NCBI RefSeq assembly: GCF_008831285.2
Contig: NC_045138.2
Location: 6,076,001-6,140,000 of the forward strand
From: Nymphaea colorata
Taxonomy: Eukaryota
Direction of reading: 5' to 3'
DNA: 64,000 bases
Part shown: piece after piece, positions 51,298 through 64,000 of the stretch
Position numbering within the stretch: position 1 is the first letter of the stretch
Layout of the letters: each line of letters begins with the position of its first letter
Translations under genes and position numbers: made by a program
The notes under the pieces: model-generated
What the model was told of the DNA's origin: nothing
Seen by the model: only the letters and a program-made list of their open reading frames with translations
The model's database searches: none

Positions 51298-52060
51298 CGT
51301 ATGTTTAGTCATATCAACGGTAAGTCAAGGTCGGACTAATTCGATACACACTTAGATCGGGGTACAACTTGTGTACCGAGGAATGTCATCATCGACATCA
51401 TCATGAATATTATATATAATCTGATAATTAATTATCATGTCTTGTCCCATCAATGTGTAGATCATTACTTATTTCTAATATTTTAATACCTTGTAAGTGC
51501 TGGCTGGCATAGTGGAATAGGTCACGATGGTGTGAAGTAGGTAGATCTACAAGCCGTGTTACAAGAGTAAAACTTCTAGCTAATAGCTAATAAGTAATAT
51601 GGTATTGTTACAAGAGAAAAACTTCTAGCTAATAGCTAATAAGTAATAAGGTATACCCATCGAGTTTTATTTCTCTTCGATAGTTGGCAAACTCGATGAG
51701 TTGACTCGAGAAGTAATCACCCCAATTGACTCAGGTTGTTCATATATAATTGGGTCGCGAACCGAAACCCTATGGAATTTTATTTCTTTCCTATAGTTGG
51801 CAAACTCCGTGAGTTGATTCAAGGAACAACCCACTTGACTCGGGTTGTCCAATACTGGGTGATGAAACAAGACTGGCTCATGAGCTCATCTATAGACTGA
51901 GATCTGAAAGAAATAGACCCGGATCGTCCGCTTGGCTCGGGATTGCCTGAGTCAAGCACAAATCGGTTCGTGATAACTCCCCAATTTGTTGATTTTTCTG
52001 TCTCGAGAGGGGTCGGGCATGGCTAAGACTACCTTTAAATTTGCTCAAGAAAACACATAC

Positions 52061-52120
<60 letters not shown>

Positions 52121-55100
52121 CACAGTGCATTGATCTTCTCATGAAATACAGGCACAATCTCTTTCTTCATTCAGCACTGGTTCTTTCAAGGAAGGTGCCA
52201 GAATCTGTGCATGGAATCCAAGTAAGGTTTTATAGTTCACTTTGTGGCCTTAATTTGTTGTATGATCTTATTTTTCAGATTCGCTTTTAAGACTATCCAC
52301 ACACACTCACTCTCTCTCTCCCCAAATCATCTTGTCTTTTCATTTGAATGCAAATCAGTACAAGATTTTAATTATGCTATTATTATTGTTAAAGTCAGTA
52401 TTATTGTTGTTGATGTTGTTCAAATCCATTTCCACATCTGAATTCGTAGAAAGGCAAAAATCAACATTCATATACACGTTTTACAATTTTTTACTGGCAC
52501 TTGAATTCAACGTTTGTTAACATTTAAGAATTGTTAAACATAGACAATTTGAAGGGAAGGATTGGTTTGTCAAATGGTAAAAGGAGCGAATGTTACCAGA
52601 AATTACAGGGTTATAAGTTGAAAATCATAATAAATGCATATATGATATCTTTGACTTATTATGCAGATATTAACCATCTAGAGGTGTGCATCCCATATAT
52701 TCTATGCTCCCATAGGATTCACGTGATCAACAGGTTGTTTGCTTGTCATACCAATCAAAGATTGTTAGTCCTCAAACCCCACAAGTCATTGGATTTGTTT
52801 GTCTTTTGGGTGGAAAATGGGGGATTAGGAAACAGGGATATGTACATGCCCTTAGACATGACTGTTTGTGACTCCCGATAAGTAAGTTATGCGTAATGCA
52901 CTAATTAGAGAGGCAAGGTGGGTGTTTGGACCCCAACGCCAGTCCCATATGAGGGGTATTCCAGTCTTTTGCACAAAACATTTCCCTCTTTCTATGGTGG
53001 CCTTTAATGAGAGGGCATTTTCTTCACATATAAGGGTATTTTGGTCATTTTGTGCACCAAATACATACTCCCGAGTTCGGGGGCCAAACATATAACCTTG
53101 TCTCCTAGTGGAGCTAAGTATAAGTCCAAGTTGCCAAGTACCTTATCATACAATTAAAACACAGTAATTTTCTGATGAAAGGTCTACTTGGGGAGGGCAA
53201 ATCTGCGTTAGTTTTTGACATGTCGCACTATCTGCTTGAACTTGTTTTGATTACAAATGTCAATGTTTTGAGGCGGCTAACACCTTACATCATGCACATA
53301 ATCTTTGCTTATAAAGCAGGACTTTCTAAAATTTTACCAACTATGCCAAAGTTGTTCATTGAATAGATAAATGTGTGTCGCTTGTGTATATTGAAATAAC
53401 ACTTGATTGCGTCAAACAATCGAAATATGTGATTTCACGTTGTTCTTTTCCAAGGACTTTAAGCGTCTATAGCTTCAAGGCTTTCCTTACATTATGTCAA
53501 CATCCATGGAAGGGATTTCTCTTTCTTATGGGCAGTACTGTTCTATGCATATCTTTTTTACCAATATGCCATACGTGAATTGTGTTCAAGCTGAGCTAGG
53601 GCTGCTTGGACTCAAATCAAGTTGCATGAGTATGCTTGGCTATTCAAAGGAAGTTTTTTTGTGGGTAACAGAGATGTATCCTTTTGCCCATGCCAGGCTG
53701 AGGTTTTAGAAAAAGGTCACAGATTTTCAACAGAAGAACAAAGAAAAAGGCCTCAAGAACTTTATTAGAATGTTTGAAGAACCAGAAATGCTATTGTTCT
53801 ATTAATGAGAAGACCTAAATAATCCTCTAAAAGGAGCTGGGAGGACTTAAAAATTGCAAAGAAAGCTCACAAGCTTTTAGAAATAGAAGAAAATCTTAAA
53901 AGGCCACAAGCAATGCATATTGGCCGCCATCTAGGGAAATACTCAAGAGAGAAACTTGTACATGAGAACTACAGCAGCAAGGTGAAACACCAATATACTG
54001 CATGTAGCAAATAAATTAACCAACATGGTACCTTATAAATTATATCAATGTCATATCAAGAAAAGTTGTATGTATACATAAACATGGTTCATTGTAGTAG
54101 CATTAACTGCTTCATCTTTTACTTCTACTACAATTCTATCTGTGGCAGATCAACGTATTTTCATCTTCTAATGTATTTTCATCCTCTTCTATAGAGTGCA
54201 TGCAGATACTTTTTATTTGAAAGTGGGTTTGCCCTCTTTGTAGCCTTCATGATTAATGTGTCACTAGTAGCAGTATATGGTAGCATATGTTCATCTGAGA
54301 ACCTTTCAGAAGAAAGTTCAAGACACTGCAGTGATCTTACCATCAACAATGCACATTTTCTGCTAAAGGTATGTCCATTTGCCAAGAACGCTAAGTTCTT
54401 CCAATAGTTTTTTTTTATTTTATTTTTTAATGACTGGATAATCTTTTCTTTTCTTGTTTGGTAGAATGTTCTTGGAAAATCAAGCTCTACAATATATGCT
54501 ATTTCCTTGCTTGCTTCTGGCCAGAGTTCCACAATAACGGGTACATATGCAGGCCAATACATTATGCAGGTATAGAAAGAACGAGTTCGAAAGAGCATAA
54601 CTTAAATCTGCTAACAAGAATTAGATAAGAGCTTATTGTAACTAATATAATTACTTTGCAGGGCTTCTTAGATATGAAAATGAAGAAGTGGTTACGGAAT
54701 TTTATCACTCGATGCATTGCAATCACTCCAAGCTTGGTGGTCTCCATCATTAATGGATCTGCTGGTGCTGGGAAACTGATCATCATTGCTTCGGTAATAA
54801 GCAAATTCTATAACCTTTTAACTAATAATCTGCATATTGTTGAGAGCAATAGTACTTCCCATTACTTCCTCCTCAATTACATTTGTCGCCATCAAAAAAT
54901 TGCCTTTTCATCTTTATTATTTAGTTCTTAAAGTGGGATGTGTTCTAATATTTTATGAATCAAACTACTGCAGATGATCCTGTCTTTTGAGCTCCCATTT
55001 GCTCTTATACCACTTCTCAAGTTTAGTAGCAGTGAGACAAAGATGGGTCCCCAAAAAAATTCCATCTATGTAAGTACCAATGCCTCAAAACTCATATTTG

Positions 55101-55766
55101 CACTTATTATAATAACCATTTAAATAAGAGCCATTTTGCATTAGGAACAAGGTCTGAACATTTCATAAATATACCTCAAAATTGGAGTAGATTCATGGAA
55201 TGCTTGAAGAAGTGTCTTGTGAATCTACTCCAATTTTGAAGTGGTTTTATGGTACACTCACATGTTGTTCCTAATGCCAAATGACCCATTTATGTTTCAC
55301 TACCACATGAATGACAACCAAAAGAAGAAATAGAAAACAATGTGGAATGAGAGTTGAGATTAAAATATTTATATTCAAGAATAGCAAATTAAGTTAGTAA
55401 TTTCTATAATGTTTTTAATTTGTGCTGCAGATTGTCATTGTCTCATGGATACTAGGTCTCCTTATAATTGGAATCAATGTATATTACCTCAGCACAGGGT
55501 TTGTTGATTGGTTAGTTCATAATAACTTGCCCAAGGTTGGGAATATCTTCATTGGTATCATTGTGTTCCCTCTCATGGGGCTGTATGTTGGAGCGGTGGC
55601 ATACTTGACCATGCGAAAGGACAGGGTAGTGACATATGTTGATAGAGCCAAAGTTGAGCAGTTTGAGAATCATGTCCAATCAGAGAAAGAGTTGCAAGTT
55701 ACTAAAGCTATGGATGATGAGATTCCTTATAGAGAAGATCTTGCTGATATCCCATTCCCTGAGTAG
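47299..55766 (+). CDS. NRAMP5: Metal transporter NRAMP5-like (Mn/Fe/Cd transporter family), 13 exons, ~553 aa
   Basis: Exons 47299-47451, 47679-47757, 47858-47898, 48019-48097, 48182-48286, 48380-48489, 48898-49079, 52152-52221, 54195-54368, 54465-54569, 54662-54793, 54974-55069, 55431-55766; total 1662 nt, in frame, GT..AG introns. Canonical motifs [78 protein letters not shown]. Confidence 0.95.
51556..51655 (+). repeat. Tandem duplication 2 x ~49 bp in intron 7
   Basis: TGTTACAAGAG(T)AAAACTTCTAGCTAATAGCTAATAAGTAATA(T/A)GGTAT occurs twice. Confidence 0.85.
55128..55287. mobile_element. Fold-back MITE (Tourist-like) in intron 12 of NRAMP5-like gene
   Basis: Outer IR GAGCCATTTTGCATTAGGAACAA / TTGTTCCTAATGCCAAATGACCC; inner perfect 20-bp IR at 55176-55195 / 55220-55239; absent from the homologous intron of the pseudogene. 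Confidence 0.75.
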
Positions 55767-57080
55767 ATGAGAAACTCTCTTTCTCTCTCCCTCTCTCTCT
55801 CTCTCTCCCCCTCCCCCCTTTTACCCTCTTGCTCTTGTACATACCATGGTTGTACCACATTTTGCTTTTTGTACTTTTGCTCTTTCTCTCTGTCCTTACT
55901 TTCTAAGATAGTAATTTGTTTAAGCAAAACGAGTTAAGCAGTTAAAGTTGGGCAATTAGAAATATGATGACTACATAACTACTTTTGCTTTGTCTAGCAA
56001 TAATGGCTTGTGAATAATAATGCACTTCACCAAGTACCTACCATGACAAACGGCCTAACATTTTAAATTGGAACAAGAACCATTATGTATCAACATGAAA
56101 AATTTCTCCTTTCGCCAAAAAGCCTAGAAACAAAACTGCTCTAGAATGCATATCCACACACGTACATTCCTTCGTACATGCCAGATCATGTTCAAGTACC
56201 AAATGGGACGATTGATTGAACAGAAGAAATTGACTTTTGAACCCCTAATCCTCGACCTGGACAAACTTGGGTGCCATGGGGCTGCATGCTGAAAGCACTT
56301 GCTCTGTGTAACACACAGTGTACCTATTTTGGAAAAATCAATTATAAGATCATATTGATAAAGTTATGTGAGTAAAAAAAAAGCAAAACTCTATATATAT
56401 ATATGCACACACACACAAAAATTTGGCAGGTTAAGAAATTTCTTGCTTGACATTTCACAAATTGAAAAGGTCGACAACTGATATATATATATATATATAC
56501 AAAAAATTGGTAGGAAAAGAAATTTTTTGCTTGACATTTCACAAAATGAAAAAGTCAACAACTGATGAAGAGATTATGGAAAATATCTACTGGTTAAACC
56601 ATGTGTTTTGCTATGTGAAAAAATTTCAAACAAATTTGAAACAATCTAGAATGTTGATATAATTCAATGCAAACATTAAAAAAACTATACCATCCTATCT
56701 TTATATATATCTATATAATATATAGTGATACTACCATCTAATCAGCGCTATCCATCTAAAGCAAATGGATGGTTGAGAGAAAAACAATGAGAAAAAGTTG
56801 TGCACTAATATTAGATGACAAAAAATACCCACCACTTTTTTCTCGTTATTTTTAGATGGCTGGGTGACTTTGAAATGCCAAATTCACCGTTCAATTTTTT
56901 TATATGTGTTTGTACGCAGTTAGCAAATATAAGAACTATATAACATAGTTATGGGTCACTTGATTGGATATAATAAGTACATGAAGTGTCATGCCTGTAT
57001 TTTTTATTAAAAACAACTATTACATTGACTTTCACAATATAGACTTGTGTGTGGCACTTTAGGCACCATTAACCAATTTC

Positions 57081-57129
<49 letters not shown>

Positions 57130-59414
57130 AGAGAGAGAGAGAGAGTTGTAAACTTTGTGTTGTCTGTAAACTTATAATCGGTGTTTCACTTGTCTAGATT
57201 TCAAAAGAAACAATAACCTTTGCATCTACGGATTGTTCATTCCAATTCTTGGACTATGAGTTCAAGGATCTCTATTTATTAATGTGAAACATCTTTGAAC
57301 AAGCAACTGAAAGTCCTTCTTAAGGTATCATCTCAATGAGTGAGTGAATTAATCACCAAAGCATCTTATCCTTCCCAGAATTTTGGGTCAAGCAAAACCT
57401 GGTAACGACCTTTAGAAGGCATTTGATTACCTTAGATATGAGATCCAACATCAGATCTAACACAGGTCCACTTTCAATCTATGATTGTAGTGCACAATAG
57501 ATTTGAAAAATATTTGTGGATTTAAAATCTCTATTATTACCTGAATTTATGGAGGTGGCTACCCAAATCTCTAAGATTTGATGATTCTATATACTGTCAA
57601 TCTCTTGCAAATCTTGATGGTCGAATAAACAAACAAATATATAAGCATAAGACACTAAAATTTCTTTTTTTTTTTCTTTGCTAACTACACTACAATGACA
57701 AGCATATTCCAACACTGATTGCTTCGAGAAAGAGCTCTCCCCGTAGATTCAAATAAACATTCATATTTTATCTCAAAATTTTTTATCAAATGTAGACTTT
57801 CAAGTTAAATGTGCAGCTAGAGTTTATTCTTAACAATGAAAAAAACTAATACCACTTTTTTTTCACAGCTACTGATCAAACTTTACTAAAGAAAATGCTG
57901 GAGAGAGAGATTTGGTTCTTAAAAAATACCAACAAGTATAAGATAAAACAACAAAGGACTCTTCAAGCTAAACATTAGCAATAATACTGGAGAGAGAGAA
58001 TTGTTTTCAAAAAATATATAAACAAAGTATAGGTAAACTGACAAAGGACTCTTCAAGACGTACATTAGCAATATCTAACCCATCCAAGAAAATCTCAAGG
58101 ACTCGACACAAACTCCATTAGCTAAGGGGAAGGATCTCAAAGATCTCGATTTGATCAATCTAGCAAAAAAGGCCAAAGTCCAGACATGCCCATCCCTCTA
58201 AGTGGTAAAAGCAAAGTTTGTTTTAATATAAGCACGCCATGATTTAGACGAAGATAATTTTGCAACATAAATTTAAAAGCAAAAAACTAACGGTTTTATA
58301 ATCCTTAGAAATGCAACTATAGTTTGTTACAAAAGAAAGTTAAGAAAGTTTAGCATTAAATTTCCATAAAATCTCAATTATCAACTCCTAAAGAACAGTT
58401 AATGGAATATACTGTAACATGATTTCTATAAGCAAGGTCTTGAAGATTGTTTTTCTATAAGCATCTTTTAAAAACATAAAAGATTTAACCAAAAAGGAAA
58501 ATTGTGAAAATGTGAAAACAGAATTTCACATACAGACAACAATGTTTTCAAGAACAACAGTGATCGAGTATTTTCGCCAAAATATACACATCAAAACGTC
58601 GCCTGATCACACAGAGAAAAAAGAGAAAATTTCACAAAAAAAAGCGAATAACAATTAAAAATACCACGATACCAGGGGCGAAGCCAGAAATTTCTAGCTA
58701 AGAGCAATAGTAATAAATTTTAAATTTTTAAGGGGCATCAGCATGTAAATGAAAAAAAATTGTTTTGAGGTGTCAATATAAAAAATAAGTACTTTTATCG
58801 GTCTACGTGGGCAATTTCTCACATGTTACCCACACATGCTTCCGCCCTAGACACATATATATGATATCATTTTCTTGCATTAAATTCTAGAAAGACATCC
58901 ACGGCAGTATTAGTGCTGCTAAAATTAGGGTAATCAATGGATCTGAATCAAAACAAGGACTTTTTTGGTTCTATATGGTCTTGAATGTAAATTCTAATAT
59001 ATTCGAGCAGGTACGGTCAAGAACTGTGTTTGTGTCATGGTTAGACCTTGCATTGCACTTCGGCTTGTACATGTCCTTCTTTTCTTTTCATATAAGAGAA
59101 GAATCTTATGCCACTCAAATAAAGACTTGGCCGCCTGTCCGCCATTTGACCTAAGCCAGTTGCACCACGTCCCCTGAGGCATGTGTTTCATAAGCTAAGT
59201 TCTTTATTAAAATGGCATGGCCAAGCATAATCAGAAAAGGAAGTTAAGATGACTTGTTCTTCGATACGTTCTTCCCTCCTCACTTTGTCAACCTTGACTA
59301 GCGTACCATTTTGTATAGTTAAGTTCTACACATGGTCACTGTTGCTGCATCAATTCTTACTAAGTTGGAGGAAGTAACAGTTCTCTTCGATTATTAAAAA
59401 TAAGGGTTATGGAT

Positions 59415-59527
<113 letters not shown>

Positions 59528-60179
59528 TAAGAAAAATTGGTAGGTGCATGACCCATAAGGAATCATCTTGTACGTTTATTTTTGTAAGATAAAAGATTGA
59601 GAGAAAATAATGGAGAAAAAATGAGATATGATATTTTAGTAATTTAGCATTAATCAACAACTTTGTCGCAGCTTTTAACAGCCAATTGATGCATGCGTTA
59701 GATTGCCATAGCCAAATTGGTAGATATTGACTAAGGGATAAAAATGGACCTATTAAATTCATGTTAAAAAAAGTTTTAATGCAAAATGTGAACCTTTTAA
59801 TATGTTTATAAACATTAATTTGATATAAATCATGCCTAACTTAATATATGTTTCTCACCTACTCACTCTTAAGATCATATTTATAAGGTTTGATTCTAAT
59901 ATTTTAAGAATTAATTTTAATAGGTTTTGTTTTTGTCTCTTATCTCAGTGGTCTGGTTTTTACCAACTCATATATGTGTATATATATATATAGCTAGAGA
60001 GAGAGAGAGAGAGATTGGTAAATAGGCAACCTTTAGGTGCAGGACTCATAGGTAATCATCCTAGCTGTTGATTTTTTCAAGATAGAAGGTTGAAAGGAAA
60101 ATAAAGAGAACAAGTTAATTGATGTTAGATAACTAAAATATATTATTTCTTTTTTTCCTTGATTTTCGTTCAATACCTG

Positions 60180-60300
<121 letters not shown>

Positions 60301-62125
60301 TTAAAAAATTTAAAATTTTTTAATTGTGTCGTGTATTGTTTGGATTCGAGTTTAGTTTGATCCCAATCGGATCTAGAGGTTGGACTGTTTGGTCCACCCT
60401 TAAAAAAAATCCATGCTCCAACCAAAAGAAGCATGTTGTGTTGGTGGCTTAGATTTCATACTCCAACTTGTAAATAGGTTCCATTCTCTTAGGTTTTGGA
60501 ACATAGCCCCTCGTGAATGGAACCAGAGATGTGCCATATAACGATTGCCACGTTCACCCATTTGAATTATTCCCCGCAGGACAATAACATTAAAAGCTAT
60601 TAGAATTGAAAAAAAAAATGGTATAATCAAATAGAGGCACAAAAAAAGAAGAAGAAGAAGAAGCTGGTGTCTCAAGTTCAAGTTTATTATACAAAGAGAA
60701 ATGGGCACCCAGTTTGTAGTCATCCAGTCAGTTCCGGTTAAGAAATTTGGATCCAATTGCTAGTCAGAGTTAGATGCAGTTTGAAATTTCATAATATAAA
60801 GTAAATCTGAGTCAGATATCCGAGATCTGAACCAGATGACATACAAAAATGGATCTTATGCTCGTCATATGGATTTGGTTTTAGAAAATAGAGTTCAAAG
60901 CGGGGACTTAGATTTCATCCATGGCTGTATGTAGGCACCAAACGAAGCATGCTGAGGACACTTTGTTGGTGGATTGGTGGATCATAAAAAATATGCCTGG
61001 CAGTGTTGAAAACGTACCGAACTTTTAAACCAACCGGAATTTAAGCTGGCGAATGTGATCAATTGACTGAAATACCCTAAAAAAAAACATCTTTGGTGGG
61101 CATCGGCCGGGCTGGTAAGGGTCGAGCTGGGCCGGTAAGGTAAGGGCCGGCCCTATCCGGCCCGTCCGGCCAGTGAGCTCGGCCTATTTAAAATTAAAAA
61201 ATAATTTTTTTAATATAAAATATATTTATTAATAATAAATATCTATTTTTAAAACAAAAAAATTTAAAAAAATATTTTTTTTATTCTTAACATGCTAAAC
61301 GGGCACCCACCCTTACTTCTGTGCTCATTAGTTTATACTGATGTGCAATTAAGTATATGGAAACTTGTTGCACTATGCTCAAGTCGGTCTGTCTTTTTTC
61401 TTGTTAATATATAAATTTAGCTAGCTGAATTCCCTATTTCTACTAATACTAAAAAGTTACTGGTCAATTGAATCACTTTTTCCTTTTAGTGCCTCAACTA
61501 CTTTTTGTGAACGTTGTTTCATTTATAGTACTAAAAGAATTACCAAGAGACCCTTGGGTGCATCCACAAAGATAAGCATATGTTCCATATATATTACTTT
61601 CTAAATGGAAAAAATAATAGTGAAATATGGGACTTTTTCAAATTCATAAATAATATTAAAGAAGTTCAACCTTGTATTTTACTGATTAAATACTAACCAT
61701 GTTTTTTGAAAATTTTCGCTCTCATTTAAACTGCACAAGAAAAGTTTCCGGCACCCTCACTAACGAAAACCTTGATAAGATGAGTATTTATAAAAAAGAT
61801 TTATGGTTGACGATAGGCATCGATCTGATATCATCTTCGCTGAGCAAGGGTTATCCGCTCCGATTGCATCAATTGTGGAGTAATGAAGTTTGTAAGATAA
61901 ACTTATTAATTACAAGAGCCCAAGTAAGCATGATCATGTCTGCTTCCCTTGTAATATTACACTTTCATGAAGTAATGGAGGGTGGCCCCAGTATGGGCTG
62001 CCGAATCAGTGAATCGGCCGATTCATCAATTCAACTGGATCAATTATTAATTGGCCACATAATATTTGATTTGGCCCCAATTCAATTTGAATCAGCCAAT
62101 TTAGCGCATGCTTTTCAATGCCTAG

Positions 62126-62335
62126 CAGCGTGCGAGCCAGAACGGCTAGCAGGGTCTCAAGTTTTGGACAATTAAATTTTACATTTTGAAATTTTAAAAA
62201 ATATATCATTTTATCCCATATAAAACTTTTGAAAAATAGGAGTTGCCCCATCGAACCAAATTTCAAATATTTTATTTAATAAATTGCAGGATTACCCACC
62301 CTTAAAAAGACAAAAAAATTCTGGCTCCATCCCTG
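62126..62335. mobile_element. hAT-type MITE
   Basis: Termini CAGCGTGCGAGCC / GGCTCCATCCCTG; imperfect TSD ATGCCTAG/ATGCCAGG. Confidence 0.6.
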
Positions 62336-63241
62336 ATGCCAGGTGGCAGGGGCGGAAGGGGGGCACCTAGGCCATAGCCCCACCCTAATTAATTAAAAAA
62401 AAAATGTGTTGGAAAAATTAAAAAAATTTAATTGTGTAATATATTTTTTAGATTCAAGTTTAGTTTGGTTTTATTCCGACAGTTTGGCTTCTCTCCTCCC
62501 TACCAAGGTGGAGTTGTTCCTAAAAAACCCGCCTTTTTTTCAAAATTCAATTTCCCTTCTAGGGATTTATTCATATTACAACATATCTGCTCCCGTAATG
62601 TAAACGTCAAAAAGAACACTTTAACTGACAGCTTATAGGTAAGTTGTACAGTATCAGAACCTGATTTTCATTCTTCTTCGGTTTATCTTTGAGCATCGAT
62701 GTACAGTGATTCGAGCCAACTCACTTAAGAAGTAGAGTTAAAATTAGAGTTACAAACGAGTGGAACGCTACAAACGGGTGGAGTTCAAGTGACACAAGCT
62801 TCATGCATTTAAACTCGACTCGCCTAGTCTCTTCTCTATTTGTTAATTTTCAAGGCGATGTTGGCATTCTTTTATGAATTTTAATACCCTTTTTGTGGTT
62901 TTCTTTTTTATTTAAAGAAAATAATATATATGAATAGAGTGACACGAGCTTTACCAGGTCGAGATTGAACTCGCCTCATAAAGCTCGACTCGAGCTCCAG
63001 TCAAGCTCGATTCGGGCAATATATGACTTGGGTTGAGCTTTAGCTGGAGCTCGGCTTGCTCATTATAAATTCTCATGTTTGAGTCATCCATTCAACTTCA
63101 TTCCTGTGCCTGCTTTGTGCTTAGCTCACCAAATGACAAAATCAAAGGTGCTCTCATAAATTAATTTATGCTTTAATCAGGGAGTGAGATAGTTGGGAGA
63201 GGTGTTTTCCTGGTACAGTACTTGTCTTCTTCCTTCAAGTC

Positions 63242-63248
63242 TATAAAT
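63242..63248 (+). promoter_or_regulatory. Putative TATA box
   Basis: TATAAAT 59 bp upstream of ATG 63301, homologous to 47227. Confidence 0.6.
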
Positions 63249-63300
63249 TCTTGTAGCTCTATGGTATCTGCAGCAGAAGAGGAGAAAGAATTCCCTTGAG

Positions 63301-63778
63301 ATGGCTGCCGATCAAGCGGGTAAAGAAGTGGTGGGGAAAGATCCTTCATGGAAAGGAAGCAATCGTATAGCTTCTTTAAATGATGTTGAACACCAACCAG
63401 CGTTTTGTGCTCCACATCATGATGATAAGCATGAACTCATGCATGAAAAAGAGGTAACATATCACATCGCCCTCATTCATGTGGACTGAATCAGTAGAGA
63501 ATGGCAGCAGGGATAATCCACTTGATTGATAATCTTTTCATTGTTACAAGAGTGATTGGAGTGCTTCTACTCAGTACTGCATGCTTTTCTTATTGTTAGA
63601 AACTAATGTGAATATGCATCTAACTATCATATAACTATCCTGAGTTTGCTGAATACAAGTCTATGAATAAAAGCAGAAGCCAGGATGGAAGAAGTTCATG
63701 GGGTACATAGGACCTGGCTTTCTTGTTTCCATGGCCTACCTTGACCCGGGAAACAGTAATCTCTCTCTCTCTTTTTCT

Positions 63779-63845
<67 letters not shown>

Positions 63846-63942
63846 ATGTATGGACATGCTGTTGATTCTTCTATTTTTTCCTTTCATATGAAAATGAACA
63901 GTGGAAACCGATTTACAGGCAGGAGCTAACCATAAATATGAG
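63301..63942 (+). CDS. NRAMP5: NRAMP5-like gene, 5' part (exons 1-3), continues beyond window end
   Basis: Exons 63301-63453, 63677-63755, 63902-63942 encode [12 protein letters not shown]...[40 protein letters not shown]. Exon lengths equal those of the 47299 gene, with high similarity in introns and promoter. Integrity of the rest is unknown. Confidence 0.9.
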
Positions 63943-64000
63943 GTATGTTGAACCATGCTTCCCTGTCTTTCTCCACATCTAGATTGCCGTCATATTGTGG

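Noticed and set aside
61699..62175. 158-aa ORF upstream of the last NRAMP copy
   Set aside because: Spans paralogous intergenic DNA (matching ~45380-45720, where the ORF track shows no equivalent) and runs into a MITE.

Overview
Plant (angiosperm) nuclear DNA: AT-rich, rich in (TA)n/(GA)n microsatellites and MITEs. The window holds a head-to-tail tandem array of NRAMP (SLC11) metal-transporter genes of the NRAMP1/5 clade, all on the + strand. (1) An intact 13-exon, ~560-aa paralogue (10630-15251) with rewritten signature motifs: TM1 DPGN->DPGS, ETDLQAG->ETLFQTA, TM8 [13 protein letters not shown]>[13 protein letters not shown], and TM9 WLR->WII. (2) A decayed pseudogene retaining exons 8-10, 12 and 13 (~37770-40130). 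(3) A canonical 13-exon, ~553-aa NRAMP5-like gene (47299-55766). (4) The first three exons of a closely related copy, cut by the window end (63301->). Between the genes lie a degenerate L1 LINE lacking its endonuclease (~19200-23369), a ~4.05-kb solo LTR with a perfect 5-bp TSD (26350-30398), a ~3.1-kb LTR-like insertion found by comparing duplicated flanks (41659-44736), and many MITEs. The main candidate for novelty is paralogue 1, a structurally intact but motif-altered NRAMP next to canonical copies, which may have a new substrate or a non-transport role. Exon models were read by hand from GT/AG sites and frame continuity, with no transcript or database support.
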